A stretch of DNA of 64,000 nt from the NCBI GenBank assembly GCA_051251855.1, contig JBPOGI010000004.1, positions 384,001 to 448,000 on the forward strand, in the 5' to 3' direction. This stretch comes from Roseibacillus sp. GTDB lineage: Bacteria; Verrucomicrobiota; Verrucomicrobiia; Verrucomicrobiales; Akkermansiaceae. The notes below the pieces were generated by a model. The model had not been told where the DNA came from and did no database searches. It saw only the letters and a list, made by a program, of their open reading frames with translations. Both the position numbers and the translations under genes were made by a program. Positions 9,248-18,728 of this stretch are shown here, in pieces; the stretch's first letter is position 1, and each line of letters begins with the position of its first letter.

Positions 9248-11566
9248 ATGATACTAATCATTCGACTGTCAGGAAAATCATCACTCTTGTTTTGCGGGGA
9301 AACAGATAGCTCCCCCAAACCCCAACCGCTTCTTCCCATAAAATCGCGCATCTTCCTTAGCCTTACCTGCATGCTGACAATGGTGTCTCCCAGCCTCGCA
9401 GCGCCGCTCAGCTCAATCGATGGACTGAGCCAAGAAGCACTAGATTCACTCGTCGCTCATTACGATGCCAGCATTGGCGTCGCAACCAGCGGTCTCATGA
9501 AGGAAGTCGCGACATGGAACCCGGTTGATGAGGACGGCAACCAGCTCTCGAACAACCTAGGCCAGCTGATTCTCCAGGATAATTACGGTGCCCCAGTTGC
9601 AGGCCAAATCACCCAAAACTCAACTGGGAACATCGTCCAGTTCGCTGATCCTGAAACCGGACCACCTTACGAGGGTCAGCGCCTCGAAGGTCTACTTCCT
9701 CAGCTCGCAAACACCTCCAATTACACCATTTTCTGGCGCGGGCACTATGAAAACGAACACCACTTCCAGCACCTCGGCATGTATGCCTACAACCTCGGAC
9801 CTAACGTCATCTTCCACCAACGTGGCTATCATGGAAGCCCTTCGGAATTTAACATTCACGTGAGTAATAGCCCTAGCCCATTCGGCGATAGCATCACCCG
9901 CTTCGATGATCAGGACACCGTGTGGAGCACCGTTGTCTCGGGAGGCTCGCTCGCAGCCTACGCCAACGGAATCAATCTGAATGTGAGTGGCCGGGGAAAC
10001 CAATTTCATTCTGCCCCAGAAATCACTCTAGGAGCTATCGGCCCAAGCGGCTTCGACTTTGTGGGCGAAATCAAAGACCTCATCATTTTCCGCAGCGCCC
10101 TCAGTGATTCCGACCGCGCCCTCATTCGTACACACCTCTCCCCTCCCAAAGTCATCGTCACCAATACCAATGACTCTGGCTCAGATACACTGCGCCAAGC
10201 TGTCTATGATTCTCCGTCAAACACCACTATTACATTTGCCCCGAACCTCTCCGGGCAAACAATCACCATCCACGGGGGCGAACTATCGATCGGCAAAAAC
10301 CTCACCATCGACGCCTCTTCCCTCCCCGAGGGGATCACCATCAATGTGTCTGGCCAAAAGCGCATCTTCCACATCCAACCCAATAATGAAGTCTCTATGG
10401 TTGGCCTTACTCTTACCGGCGGCATCGCCTCTGGGAACGGCTTCCCCAACGACGTTGGGGGAGCGATCTACAACGAACAGGCGTCCTTGAAACTCACGGG
10501 CTGCACTCTCTTCGATAATTCCGCCACCTTTGGAGGTGCCATTTACAGTGATGGAGATTCCGGCAGCGTAACCCTAAGGCTGAGCCAATGCACAATCTCC
10601 GACAATTCCGCATCCGAGAGCGGCGGCGCCATCTACAGCAACGGCGATTTCGGGAGCGCGAACCTGAGCCTAAGCACATGCACCCTCTCAGGTAATTCCG
10701 CATCCAACAGCGGCGGAGGCATCTACAGCAACGGCTTAGAAGGAAGCGCGATCACGAGTTTAAGCGCCTGCACTCTTTCAAATAATACTGCCAACTTCGG
10801 TGGCGGCGTCTTCAGCCATGGCACAAGTGGCAGCGCGCCCTTGAGTTTGAACAACACCATTCTCGCCGGAAATACCGCCGCGATCTCCGGACCAGATTTG
10901 AAAGAGCTTCTCTCCGGAGCCACGACCACCGCCATTGGCACCAATCTCATGTCAGCCCTCAACGACGGACATGATCCTATCGATCTGAGTGAGGGCGGCA
11001 CCATCATCACTGGCGACCCAAATCTCTCCTCTCTCGGCCACTATGGCGGCCCCACTATGACTATGCCACCACTCCCTGGCTCCCCCGCGATCAATCCTTC
11101 CAATGATACGACCACCGACCCCGGAGGTACCGATCAACGAGGTTTCCAACGTTTCATTGGCGGAACACTCGATATCGGGGCGGTGGAGTTTCAAGGAGAA
11201 GCAGGTGAACTCGCCCTCACCTTCGATCTCGATCCCGATAACGACGGAATCTCTAATGGTCTCGAGTTCGCTATCGGCACCAACCCTATCCTTGCCGATG
11301 CCGGAGATTCAAAAAACCTTCGCATCGCTTCCGGAAACCAACCTCTCTTAACCTTCGGCGTCGATGACGAACAACAGAGCAGCATCATCCTGCGTCTCAT
11401 GCGTTCAACTGATTTGATGAGCTTTGATGAAGTGCTATCGAATGAGCAAACAGAATTTGTGGTCTTCTCTAACCAGCTTCTCAACTTCTTCGGCCTTATC
11501 CCACCACCAGGACAAAGAGAAAAAGCCTTCTACCGTCTCGAAGCTGAATTGAGACCCATTCCATAA
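9248..11566 (+). CDS. Secreted protein: LamG/ConA-like domain, CSLREA-like/GGAI beta-helix, choice-of-anchor Q, C-terminal FYRL domain
   Basis: [29 protein letters not shown]; repeated GGAIY; YGGPTMT...GSPAIN...DQRG...[31 protein letters not shown]. True start is probably downstream of 9248. Confidence 0.82.
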   Translation: MILIIRLSGKSSLLFCGETDSSPKPQPLLPIKSRIFLSLTCMLTMVSPSLAAPLSSIDGLSQEALDSLVAHYDASIGVATSGLMKEVATWNPVDEDGNQLSNNLGQLILQDNYGAPVAGQITQNSTGNIVQFADPETGPPYEGQRLEGLLPQLANTSNYTIFWRGHYENEHHFQHLGMYAYNLGPNVIFHQRGYHGSPSEFNIHVSNSPSPFGDSITRFDDQDTVWSTVVSGGSLAAYANGINLNVSGRGNQFHSAPEITLGAIGPSGFDFVGEIKDLIIFRSALSDSDRALIRTHLSPPKVIVTNTNDSGSDTLRQAVYDSPSNTTITFAPNLSGQTITIHGGELSIGKNLTIDASSLPEGITINVSGQKRIFHIQPNNEVSMVGLTLTGGIASGNGFPNDVGGAIYNEQASLKLTGCTLFDNSATFGGAIYSDGDSGSVTLRLSQCTISDNSASESGGAIYSNGDFGSANLSLSTCTLSGNSASNSGGGIYSNGLEGSAITSLSACTLSNNTANFGGGVFSHGTSGSAPLSLNNTILAGNTAAISGPDLKELLSGATTTAIGTNLMSALNDGHDPIDLSEGGTIITGDPNLSSLGHYGGPTMTMPPLPGSPAINPSNDTTTDPGGTDQRGFQRFIGGTLDIGAVEFQGEAGELALTFDLDPDNDGISNGLEFAIGTNPILADAGDSKNLRIASGNQPLLTFGVDDEQQSSIILRLMRSTDLMSFDEVLSNEQTEFVVFSNQLLNFFGLIPPPGQREKAFYRLEAELRPIP

Positions 11567-11768
11567 TCCCTCTGTAGGCGCGACAAGACGCGGAGCTGCG
11601 TTGGTAACAACGCGGGCGGGATGGACTTCGATGCGTGAGCAGCCCGCTTGCTCACAAAAGCAGCTCCGGTGCACGGCAACGGTATCAACCCCGGCGGCAA
11701 TAAACGCTCCAGTCAAATTCTTCACTTCAACGTTGGACGTTCGGCGTTCGATGTTGGACGTTCTCCCC

Positions 11769-12158
11769 ATGCCTTTCGAACTTGCCAGTGACTACGAGCC
11801 AGCCGGCGACCAGGCCCAGGCCATCGCCAAGCTCACCAAGTCCATTGAGGCCGGCAACAAGCACCAGACCCTCCTCGGGGTCACGGGCTCGGGCAAGACT
11901 TTCACCATGGCGAACGTGATCCGGAACATCGGCAAGCCGACCCTGATCATGTCGCACAACAAGACCCTCGCGGCTCAGCTCTACTCCGAGTTCAAGAACT
12001 TCTTCCCCAACAACGCGGTCGAATAATTCGGCTACTACCAACCCGAGAACTACATCCCGCGCTCCCACATCCTATTCGCAGCCAAAAAGTTCGTCACCAA
12101 TAGCAACAGACTGAAGGACTCGGTGCGCGCCATTAAAAAAGAGTGCGCCGAACAAGTA
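11769..12158 (+). pseudogene. uvrB: uvrB 5' fragment (85 intact codons, TAA, then decayed and deleted remnant)
   Basis: Identical in amino acids to UvrB 1-85 at 15487; TAC>TAA at 12024; then FGYYQPENYIPR and SHILFAAKKFVT...AIKKECAEQV matching UvrB ~91-102 and 238-269. Confidence 0.93.
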
Positions 12159-12300
12159 GGTCCCAAAAACTGCCCAATCCACCGCATTCATGTCCTCACC
12201 CGATGCAAGAACCAGTCCAACCGCAAGCGCAAACTCACCCAGCCTTCACCGAGACCTTCCTCCTTGAAAAATCTTGAATTCCAGCTACCAGAAAGTAGGT

Positions 12301-15075
12301 ATGAAATCGCTCGTCTCCTTTCTCGCTGTAGCTTCTCTCACCGCTACCCTCGCCTTTGCGGGCCTCCCCCTCCCCACGAATATTATGGTCACCAACACCG
12401 ACGACTCTGGCGTCGGTTCCCTCCAACAAGCGATTTTTGACTCAGTCCCGGACGGCTCCATCACCTTCGACCCCGCCGTCTTCAACACCGAGGCTAACAA
12501 GACCATCACCCTCACCTCCGGCCAACTGGTCCTTTCTGGAAAAGAGCTCACCATCGATGCCTCCTGCGTCTGCGGTATCACCCTCGACGGCAACGACAAC
12601 AGCCGCCTCTTCTCCCTCCAGTCCTCCGCTACCCTTACCCTCAACGCCTTTAACCTCACCCGCGGGAATGCGATCGATGGCGCAGCCATTCACGTCGATT
12701 CCGGATGCACCCTCACCCTGACCAATTCCGCTCTCTACAACAACGCGACCCCAGACGATGGAGGCAACTCCGGTGGAGGTCTCTACAACGCCGGAACTGC
12801 CACTGTTGAAAACTGCACCTTCTACCGCAACTTCGCCTGGCTCGGTGGTGCCATCCAAACAAACTTTGGAGGAGAAACCACTTTGCGCCACTGCACCATC
12901 GTCGACAACAGCTCCACCGACATCGCCGGCGGGGTCACTAACGGCGGCACTCTCACGATGGAAAACACCGTCCTCGCCCACAACGTCAACAACGCAGGTG
13001 GCAACCCCAACTTGGCCAGCTCCGGCCCCTTCACCTCTCTCGGCGGCAATTTCGTGAGAGACAATACCGGTGAAGCCTCAAAATTCCCCCTAAGCCCATT
13101 CGGCACCACAAACGCGAACGGCGACTACGCCGGCACCGCAGCTCAACTCCTCAATCCAGGCTTTATCACTTCCGGCGAAGCCTTCGGCACCACCGGCTAC
13201 CTCACCAACCACGGCGGCCCCACTCTCACCTTGATGCCCCTTCCTAACTCTCCCCTTATCGATAAGGCCAAACCCACCACCACTCCCACTCCGGACCAAC
13301 GTGGTGTCGCCACCCTCGCCCTCCGCGACATCGGGGCCGTCGAGACCACTTGGGACCAATTCCTGACCATTACCAGCCCCGGCACCACTCTCGATATCAC
13401 CGTCCCCACCGACTCCATCATCACCTTCCCTGCCGGAAATCCAATCTCATTCACCATCCCCGCAAGCTACGCCATCGACAACACCAATGCTGACGTCGTC
13501 TTGCCCAACGAAGTCAACTCCGGCTTCACCATCTCCCCCGCTCTCGGCTCGACTCAAGTCCTCGGCCTCTCCATCCAAAGTGGACCGTTCTCCGCCGATC
13601 TCAACGGAGCCCCCTCCTCCTTCATCCTCCTCGGCTCGTCAGACCTCAACCACTTCACCCCCCTGACTGCCGGACCAATTCCTCCCTTCACAGGCCAGAG
13701 CCAAACCCAAACCATCTACTTCACCCACTACCTCCCCACCTACGTTCACTACCGCCTCATCTTCCCACAAAACCACTTCGACAACGACCTCACTATCGGC
13801 GAAATCCAACTCCTCGGTGTCCCCGCCGGCATTCCTTGCCTTACCGACGTCACTCTTGCGCACGATCCAAACGGCGAGTCCGACATCATCATCGAGGCCC
13901 AAGTTCGCCCCGACCGCAGCTACAAAGTCCTTGCTGGAGACTCTCCCGACAACCTTGTGGAAGATGGAAACTTCAGCCCTGACTTGAGTAACGTCGAACC
14001 TTTCGCCTCCACCTACGTGCAAACTTTTAATAGTAGTCAAACCGTCCCCCAAAAACAATTCTTCCGCCTCCAGGAGCAGACCACCTGGCAAGCCACCACC
14101 GCCGATTCCACCCCCAACGTTGGCCAATTCACCTCCCTCGCCTTTTCCCCAGCCGGTCTCCCCGCCATCTCCCACTTCGACAATTTCGACCCCGGCCTCA
14201 AGTTCGCCGCCTTCGATGGCACTTCCTGGCAGAACACCACCGTCGATTCCACCGGTTCATACACCTCTCTCGCCTTCTCCCCCGCCGGACTCCCCGCCAT
14301 CTCCTATACTGACGAAACCAACTTTTCCAATGCAGCCCTCAAGTTCGCCTCCTTCGATGGTTCCTCTTGGCAAACTGAAACCGTCGATTCCTCCGGCAAC
14401 GTCGGCTGGGATACCTCCCTCGCCTTTTCCCCCGCCGGTCTCCCCGCCATCTCATACAGGGACAGCACCAACGAAGACCTCAAGTTCGCCTCCTTCAATG
14501 GCTCCTCTTGGCAAATCGAAACCGTCGATTCCTCCAGCAACGTCGGCTTGGACACCTCCCTCGCCTTCTCACCCGCCGGTCTCCCCGCCATCTCCTACTA
14601 CGACGTCACAAACGAAGACCTCAAGTTCGCCACCTTCGACGGCTCCTCTTGGCAAACCGAAACCGTCGACTCCTCCGGCAACGTCGGCAGATGGCCCTCC
14701 CTCGCCTTCTCCCTCGCCGGTCTCCCCGCCATCTCTTACTACGACGTCACCAACGAAGACCTCAAGTTCGCCTCCTTCGATGGCTCCTCTTGGCAACCCG
14801 TCACCGTCGACTCCCTCGGCAACGTCGGCTGGTATACCTCCCTCGCCTTCTCCCCCACCGGTCTCCCCTCCATCTCCTATACTGACGTCAGCAGCACCAA
14901 CCTTAAATACGCCTCCTTCGATGGCTCCTCTTGGCAACCGACCACCATCGATTCCACCGGCAACGTCGGCTTGGACACCTCCCTCGCCTTCTCCCCCGCC
15001 GGTCTCCCCGCCATCTCTTACTTAGACCTCACCAACATCAACGGCGTCCTCAAATACATCGAACTCACCCCCTAA
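12301..15075 (+). CDS. Secreted protein: CSLREA-like/beta-helix, choice-of-anchor Q, discoidin-like domain, FFRL domain, then 7-bladed beta-propeller repeat
   Basis: Signal peptide; VTNTDDSGVGSLQQA; HGGPTLT..SPLID..DQRG..DIGAVE; QKQFFRL; seven ~47-aa repeats. Confidence 0.85.
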   Translation: MKSLVSFLAVASLTATLAFAGLPLPTNIMVTNTDDSGVGSLQQAIFDSVPDGSITFDPAVFNTEANKTITLTSGQLVLSGKELTIDASCVCGITLDGNDNSRLFSLQSSATLTLNAFNLTRGNAIDGAAIHVDSGCTLTLTNSALYNNATPDDGGNSGGGLYNAGTATVENCTFYRNFAWLGGAIQTNFGGETTLRHCTIVDNSSTDIAGGVTNGGTLTMENTVLAHNVNNAGGNPNLASSGPFTSLGGNFVRDNTGEASKFPLSPFGTTNANGDYAGTAAQLLNPGFITSGEAFGTTGYLTNHGGPTLTLMPLPNSPLIDKAKPTTTPTPDQRGVATLALRDIGAVETTWDQFLTITSPGTTLDITVPTDSIITFPAGNPISFTIPASYAIDNTNADVVLPNEVNSGFTISPALGSTQVLGLSIQSGPFSADLNGAPSSFILLGSSDLNHFTPLTAGPIPPFTGQSQTQTIYFTHYLPTYVHYRLIFPQNHFDNDLTIGEIQLLGVPAGIPCLTDVTLAHDPNGESDIIIEAQVRPDRSYKVLAGDSPDNLVEDGNFSPDLSNVEPFASTYVQTFNSSQTVPQKQFFRLQEQTTWQATTADSTPNVGQFTSLAFSPAGLPAISHFDNFDPGLKFAAFDGTSWQNTTVDSTGSYTSLAFSPAGLPAISYTDETNFSNAALKFASFDGSSWQTETVDSSGNVGWDTSLAFSPAGLPAISYRDSTNEDLKFASFNGSSWQIETVDSSSNVGLDTSLAFSPAGLPAISYYDVTNEDLKFATFDGSSWQTETVDSSGNVGRWPSLAFSLAGLPAISYYDVTNEDLKFASFDGSSWQPVTVDSLGNVGWYTSLAFSPTGLPSISYTDVSSTNLKYASFDGSSWQPTTIDSTGNVGLDTSLAFSPAGLPAISYLDLTNINGVLKYIELTP
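14086..15072 (+). repeat. Seven ~141-bp intragenic tandem repeats (WQ..TVDS.GNVG..TSLAFSPAGLPAISY.D....LKFA.FDGSS)
   Basis: Near-identical nucleotide units, e.g. ACCTCCCTCGCCTTYTCCCCCGCCGGTCTCCCCGCCATCTC. Confidence 0.95.
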
Positions 15076-15289
15076 TTCCCGTCCCCTAGGTCCTCCGAAG
15101 ACCTCAAAGACTCACAATCGAATCTTCCGCGCTCCTCAACTCGGAAAAGAGCCTTCTTGTCCACTCATCGGCCCCCAAGCAATTCAGAGCCAAGACATCC
15201 GCAGTCGAAAAGCCCTCCTCTCTTTCTCCGCTTCTTGCCAGGTAAGAGCCCTCTAGACGTTACCGCGTAAAATCAGAGCGTATTCAAAA

Positions 15290-15361
15290 AACAGCGTTCA
15301 AATGAAGGAATGCCAGCGCAACCAACTCGGCGGTGCCATCTACATCCTGAATCGGCAGTAG
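15290..15361 (+). pseudogene. 3' fragment of the L,D-transpeptidase gene (copy of 6174-6245)
   Basis: NSVQMKECQRNQLGGAIYILNRQ* versus NSGQVKQYQRNQLGAAIYILNRQ* (18/23 aa, same TAG). Confidence 0.9.
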
Positions 15362-15376
15362 CTGGAAGGATGACCT

Positions 15377-15429
15377 CGTCCTATCCAACCACAGGCCAAA
15401 AATCCGACGGCAATAAAAGCCGCCGCTCC
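15377..15429. repeat. Right half of REPIN family A, 49/53 nt identical to 6299-6351
   Basis: CGTCCTATCCAACCACWGGCCAAAAATCCGACSGCAATAAA..CCGCCGCTCC. Confidence 0.88.
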
Positions 15430-15486
15430 GTCAAATTCTTCACTTCAGCATTGGACGTTAGGCGTTCGATGTTGGAAGTTCTCCCC

Positions 15487-17685
15487 ATGCCTTTCGAACT
15501 TGCCAGCGACTACGAGCCTGCCGGCGACCAGGCCCAGGCCATCGCCAAGCTCACCAAATCCATTGAAGCGGGGAACAAGCACCAGACGCTTCTGGGAGTC
15601 ACGGGCTCGGGCAAAACCTTCACCATGGCGAATGTGATCCGGAACATCGGCAAGCCGACCTTGATCATGTCGCACAACAAGACCCTCGCGGCTCAACTCT
15701 ACTCCGAGTTCAAAAACTTCTTCCCCAACAATGCGGTCGAGTACTTCGTTTCCTACTTCGACTACTACCAACCCGAGGCCTACATCCCTCGTTCAGACAC
15801 CTACATTGAGAAGGACTCTTCCATCAACGAGGAAATTGAACGAATGCGCCTCTCCACGATGGGCTCCGTCCTCACCCGCGAAGACGTCATTGTGATCGCC
15901 TCCGTCTCCTGCATTTATGGTTTAGGCAGTCCCGATGATTACGAAAGCGCAATGCTTCCCGTCTGGGTCGGCAAAGAAATCGGCCGCGACGAATTCCTCA
16001 AAGAGCTCGTCAACCTCCTCTTCGAGCGCAACGACATCGCCTTTGGCCGTGGCAAATTCCGCGTGCGGGGCGACGTCGTCGAGATCCATCCCGCCTACCT
16101 CGACGAGACCGCTATCCGCGTGGAATTCTTCGGCGACGAAATCGAACGCATCTCCAGCATCGACTCTCTGCGCGGCACCGTCATTGACCGCATCGAGTCC
16201 CACACCTTCTTCCCCGCTAAGCAGTTCGTCACCGACCGCGCCAAACTCAAGGACGCCATGCACGCCATCAAGAAGGAATGCGCCGAGCAGGTGGCTGCCT
16301 TCGAAAAGGCAGGAAAACTCATCGAAGCCCAACGCCTCAAGATGCGCACCGACTACGACCTCGAGATGATGGAGGAGATGGGATTCTGCCAAGGTATTGA
16401 GAACTACTCCCGCCACCTCACCGGCCGCCCACCCGGCGCTCGACCCTACACCCTGTTAGACTTCTTCGCCTCCAAGGACTTCATGCTCATGGTGGACGAG
16501 AGCCACGTCTCCATCCCTCAAATCGGCGGCATGTATGAGGGCGATCGCAGCCGCAAGACCGTCCTCGTCGACCACGGATTTCGCCTCCCCAGCGCCCTCG
16601 ACAACCGCCCGCTCAGATTCCCCGAATTCATGGAACAGACCATGCAACGTCTCTACGTCTCCGCCACTCCCAAGGTCTTCGAACTCGCCAACTCCCGACC
16701 CGACAACCACAGCTACCTTGACATCAAACGCCAAGCCCAGGAAAGCGGCCTCGACATTCTCACCTTAAAAAAGATGAAAGTCCGCACCAGCGGCAGCGAC
16801 GAATCCGTAGAAGACTTCGACCCCACCAAGCGCAGCACCCCTCTCGTAGTCGAACAAATCATTAGACCTACTGGACTCCTCGACCCCATCCTCCACCTCA
16901 AGCCCCTCAAAGGCCAAATCGACGAAACCATCGAACTCTGCCGCCAACGAGTCGAAAAAAACGAGCGCGTCCTCGTCACCACCCTCACCAAAAAAACCGC
17001 CGAAGACCTCACCGACTACCTCGTTGGAGTCGACCTCAAGGTGCGCTACCTTCACTCCGACATCGACGCCGTCGAACGGGTCGAAATCCTACGCGCCCTC
17101 CGCGCCGCCGAGTTCGATATCCTCATCGGCATCAACCTTCTCCGCGAAGGACTCGATCTCCCCGAAGTTTCCCTCGTCTGCATTCTCGATGCCGACAAAG
17201 AAGGCTTCCTCCGCAACGAGACCTCCCTCATCCAGACCGCGGGCCGCGCCGCCCGCCACGTCAATGGCGAGTGCGTCCTCTTCTGCGACAAGATCACCGA
17301 CTCCATCCAAAAACTCATCGACGTCACCGAATACCGTCGCGCCAAACAACAGGAATACAACGAGAAGCACGGCATCACCCCCCAAAGCGTGATCCGCAAA
17401 GTGCAAGAGAGCCTCCACACCTACGACGAGACCGCCAGCAAAGGTCGCAAAATCAACGCAGGACTCGTCGCCGAGGACGACATGCTTTACAACGTCACCG
17501 AGGTCCTCAACGAACTCGAAGGCGAGATGCAAGAAGCCGCCAGCAAACTCGAATTCGAACGCGCCGCCCACCTCCGCGACCAAATCAAACAGCTCAAAGA
17601 AAAAGCCGGCCTCACCGACAAACCCCGTCCTGACAAGTCAGTCACCTTCAAAAAGCCAAAGGCCAAACGAGCAAAAAAGAAGTAA
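15487..17685 (+). CDS. uvrB: Excinuclease ABC subunit B
   Basis: [59 protein letters not shown]-terminal UVR domain FERAAHLRD. Confidence 0.98.
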   Translation: MPFELASDYEPAGDQAQAIAKLTKSIEAGNKHQTLLGVTGSGKTFTMANVIRNIGKPTLIMSHNKTLAAQLYSEFKNFFPNNAVEYFVSYFDYYQPEAYIPRSDTYIEKDSSINEEIERMRLSTMGSVLTREDVIVIASVSCIYGLGSPDDYESAMLPVWVGKEIGRDEFLKELVNLLFERNDIAFGRGKFRVRGDVVEIHPAYLDETAIRVEFFGDEIERISSIDSLRGTVIDRIESHTFFPAKQFVTDRAKLKDAMHAIKKECAEQVAAFEKAGKLIEAQRLKMRTDYDLEMMEEMGFCQGIENYSRHLTGRPPGARPYTLLDFFASKDFMLMVDESHVSIPQIGGMYEGDRSRKTVLVDHGFRLPSALDNRPLRFPEFMEQTMQRLYVSATPKVFELANSRPDNHSYLDIKRQAQESGLDILTLKKMKVRTSGSDESVEDFDPTKRSTPLVVEQIIRPTGLLDPILHLKPLKGQIDETIELCRQRVEKNERVLVTTLTKKTAEDLTDYLVGVDLKVRYLHSDIDAVERVEILRALRAAEFDILIGINLLREGLDLPEVSLVCILDADKEGFLRNETSLIQTAGRAARHVNGECVLFCDKITDSIQKLIDVTEYRRAKQQEYNEKHGITPQSVIRKVQESLHTYDETASKGRKINAGLVAEDDMLYNVTEVLNELEGEMQEAASKLEFERAAHLRDQIKQLKEKAGLTDKPRPDKSVTFKKPKAKRAKKK

Positions 17686-17686
17686 C

Positions 17687-17756
17687 GGAGGGGCGGCCTT
17701 TACTGCCGCCCGCACCGGTCTATCAAAACCCCAGCGGCAATAAAGGCCGCCGCTCC
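17687..17756. repeat. REPIN family A copy between convergent genes
   Basis: GGAGGGGCGGCCTTTACTGCCGC ... GCGGCAATAAAGGCCGCCGCTCC. Confidence 0.85.
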
Positions 17757-17764
17757 ATGAAGCC

Positions 17765-18289
17765 CTACGGACTCCAACGCACAGCCGCACCCATCGCAAT
17801 CAGCGCTCCTCGCCGATGCCATTTCAACAGAGAATCTGGCATCGCCGACTCCTTCCCTTCCAGTGGCAACCGAATCAAAAGCGCCTCGGTACCATCCCAA
17901 CTGTAAAGCTTCAACCGAGCATAACCGCCTTCAGCATCGTGAAAGAAAACAACCAACCCATCAGGATTCCCCATTTTTTCGAAGAGCGCTGACATCTGCT
18001 TCTCTCCCTTCGTATTCAGCAACCGATCAAAAGAAATTTGAACCGCGTCGGACTTAAGAACCTGCAGCTCGAGGTCCTGCTCACTCCAGGGAAAAGCTTC
18101 CGCCAATTGAGGATCGAGATAAAGCGAACGCATGTCTTTCTCGAGCAGTTCCGCCAAACGCAAACTGGCCTTCGAGCGCTCTCCTGTGGTGGCATCAAGA
18201 AACGCCAAACTCACTCCCCTCGAACCGGCCCAAAGTGAAGTAGGCAGCAGAATCAACAACGCAAAGAGCCAGAATCGATAATTTTTCAT
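17765..18289 (-). CDS. Hypothetical secreted protein
   Basis: Signal peptide MKNYRFWLFALLILLPTSLWA; fills the gap between genes. Confidence 0.7.
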   Translation of the reverse strand: MKNYRFWLFALLILLPTSLWAGSRGVSLAFLDATTGERSKASLRLAELLEKDMRSLYLDPQLAEAFPWSEQDLELQVLKSDAVQISFDRLLNTKGEKQMSALFEKMGNPDGLVVFFHDAEGGYARLKLYSWDGTEALLIRLPLEGKESAMPDSLLKWHRRGALIAMGAAVRWSP

Positions 18290-18383
18290 CAGGCGGACGC
18301 TACTGGACATCGCTTAAAAACGCGAGGCCCTAAGCTCACTCTTTCTTGTCAGAATGGCCCCCAGCCCCTACCTCTCACAACCG

Positions 18384-18665
18384 ATGCCCTCTCGCGGACG
18401 CCACCAATCCACCTCCAAAGAATGCCGAGCGCTCCTCAAAAGGATCGAAGCGCTCGACGGAGTCGTCGCGGTCATTATCGGGCGTTCCTACGGCGGAAAA
18501 TCACTCGGCAATGGCCGCGCCACCGGAGCAATTCGCATTCAACGCACCGTCAGTGGTGGCTTAAAGGCCGTAATGCAGTCCGAGAAAGGCCTGCAAGAAA
18601 TCTACATCCGCACCCACCCCGACAAAGAAGACGATATCACCCAAGCCATCGAAAACTTTACCTAG
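18384..18665 (+). CDS. DUF2103-like small protein
   Basis: GRHQST...VIIGR...IRIQRTVSGGLKAVMQSEKGLQEIYI pattern. Confidence 0.65.
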   Translation: MPSRGRHQSTSKECRALLKRIEALDGVVAVIIGRSYGGKSLGNGRATGAIRIQRTVSGGLKAVMQSEKGLQEIYIRTHPDKEDDITQAIENFT

Positions 18666-18728
18666 GAGCGGCTTCAAAAATACCAAAAAGAAACGGACAA
18701 AGAGCGCCGTATAGTTTCCACTGCTTCC

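Noticed and set aside
11719..11763. Heptamer tandem GTTGGAC/GTTCGGC/GTTCGAT in both uvrB leaders as a regulatory element
   Set aside because: Resembles low-complexity intergenic heptamer repeats; no evidence for function beyond being part of the duplicated leader.
14086..15072. CRISPR array or diversity-generating retroelement
   Set aside because: The repeats are in-frame coding units without unique spacers; no cas or reverse transcriptase gene, no separate template repeat, and variation is not adenine-specific.
15295..15308. LexA box upstream of uvrB (CGTTC-AAAT-GAAGG)
   Set aside because: Three mismatches, about 180 bp from the start, and lies within the ldt remnant.
15310..15486. 59-aa N-terminal extension of UvrB (and the similar extension at 11601-11768)
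   Set aside because: It translates the ldt remnant, REPIN and heptamer-repeat leader; UvrB homology begins at ATG 15487.
16687..16845. Mini-intein in UvrB
   Set aside because: Too short and lacks a C-terminal HN-C/S/T splice junction.
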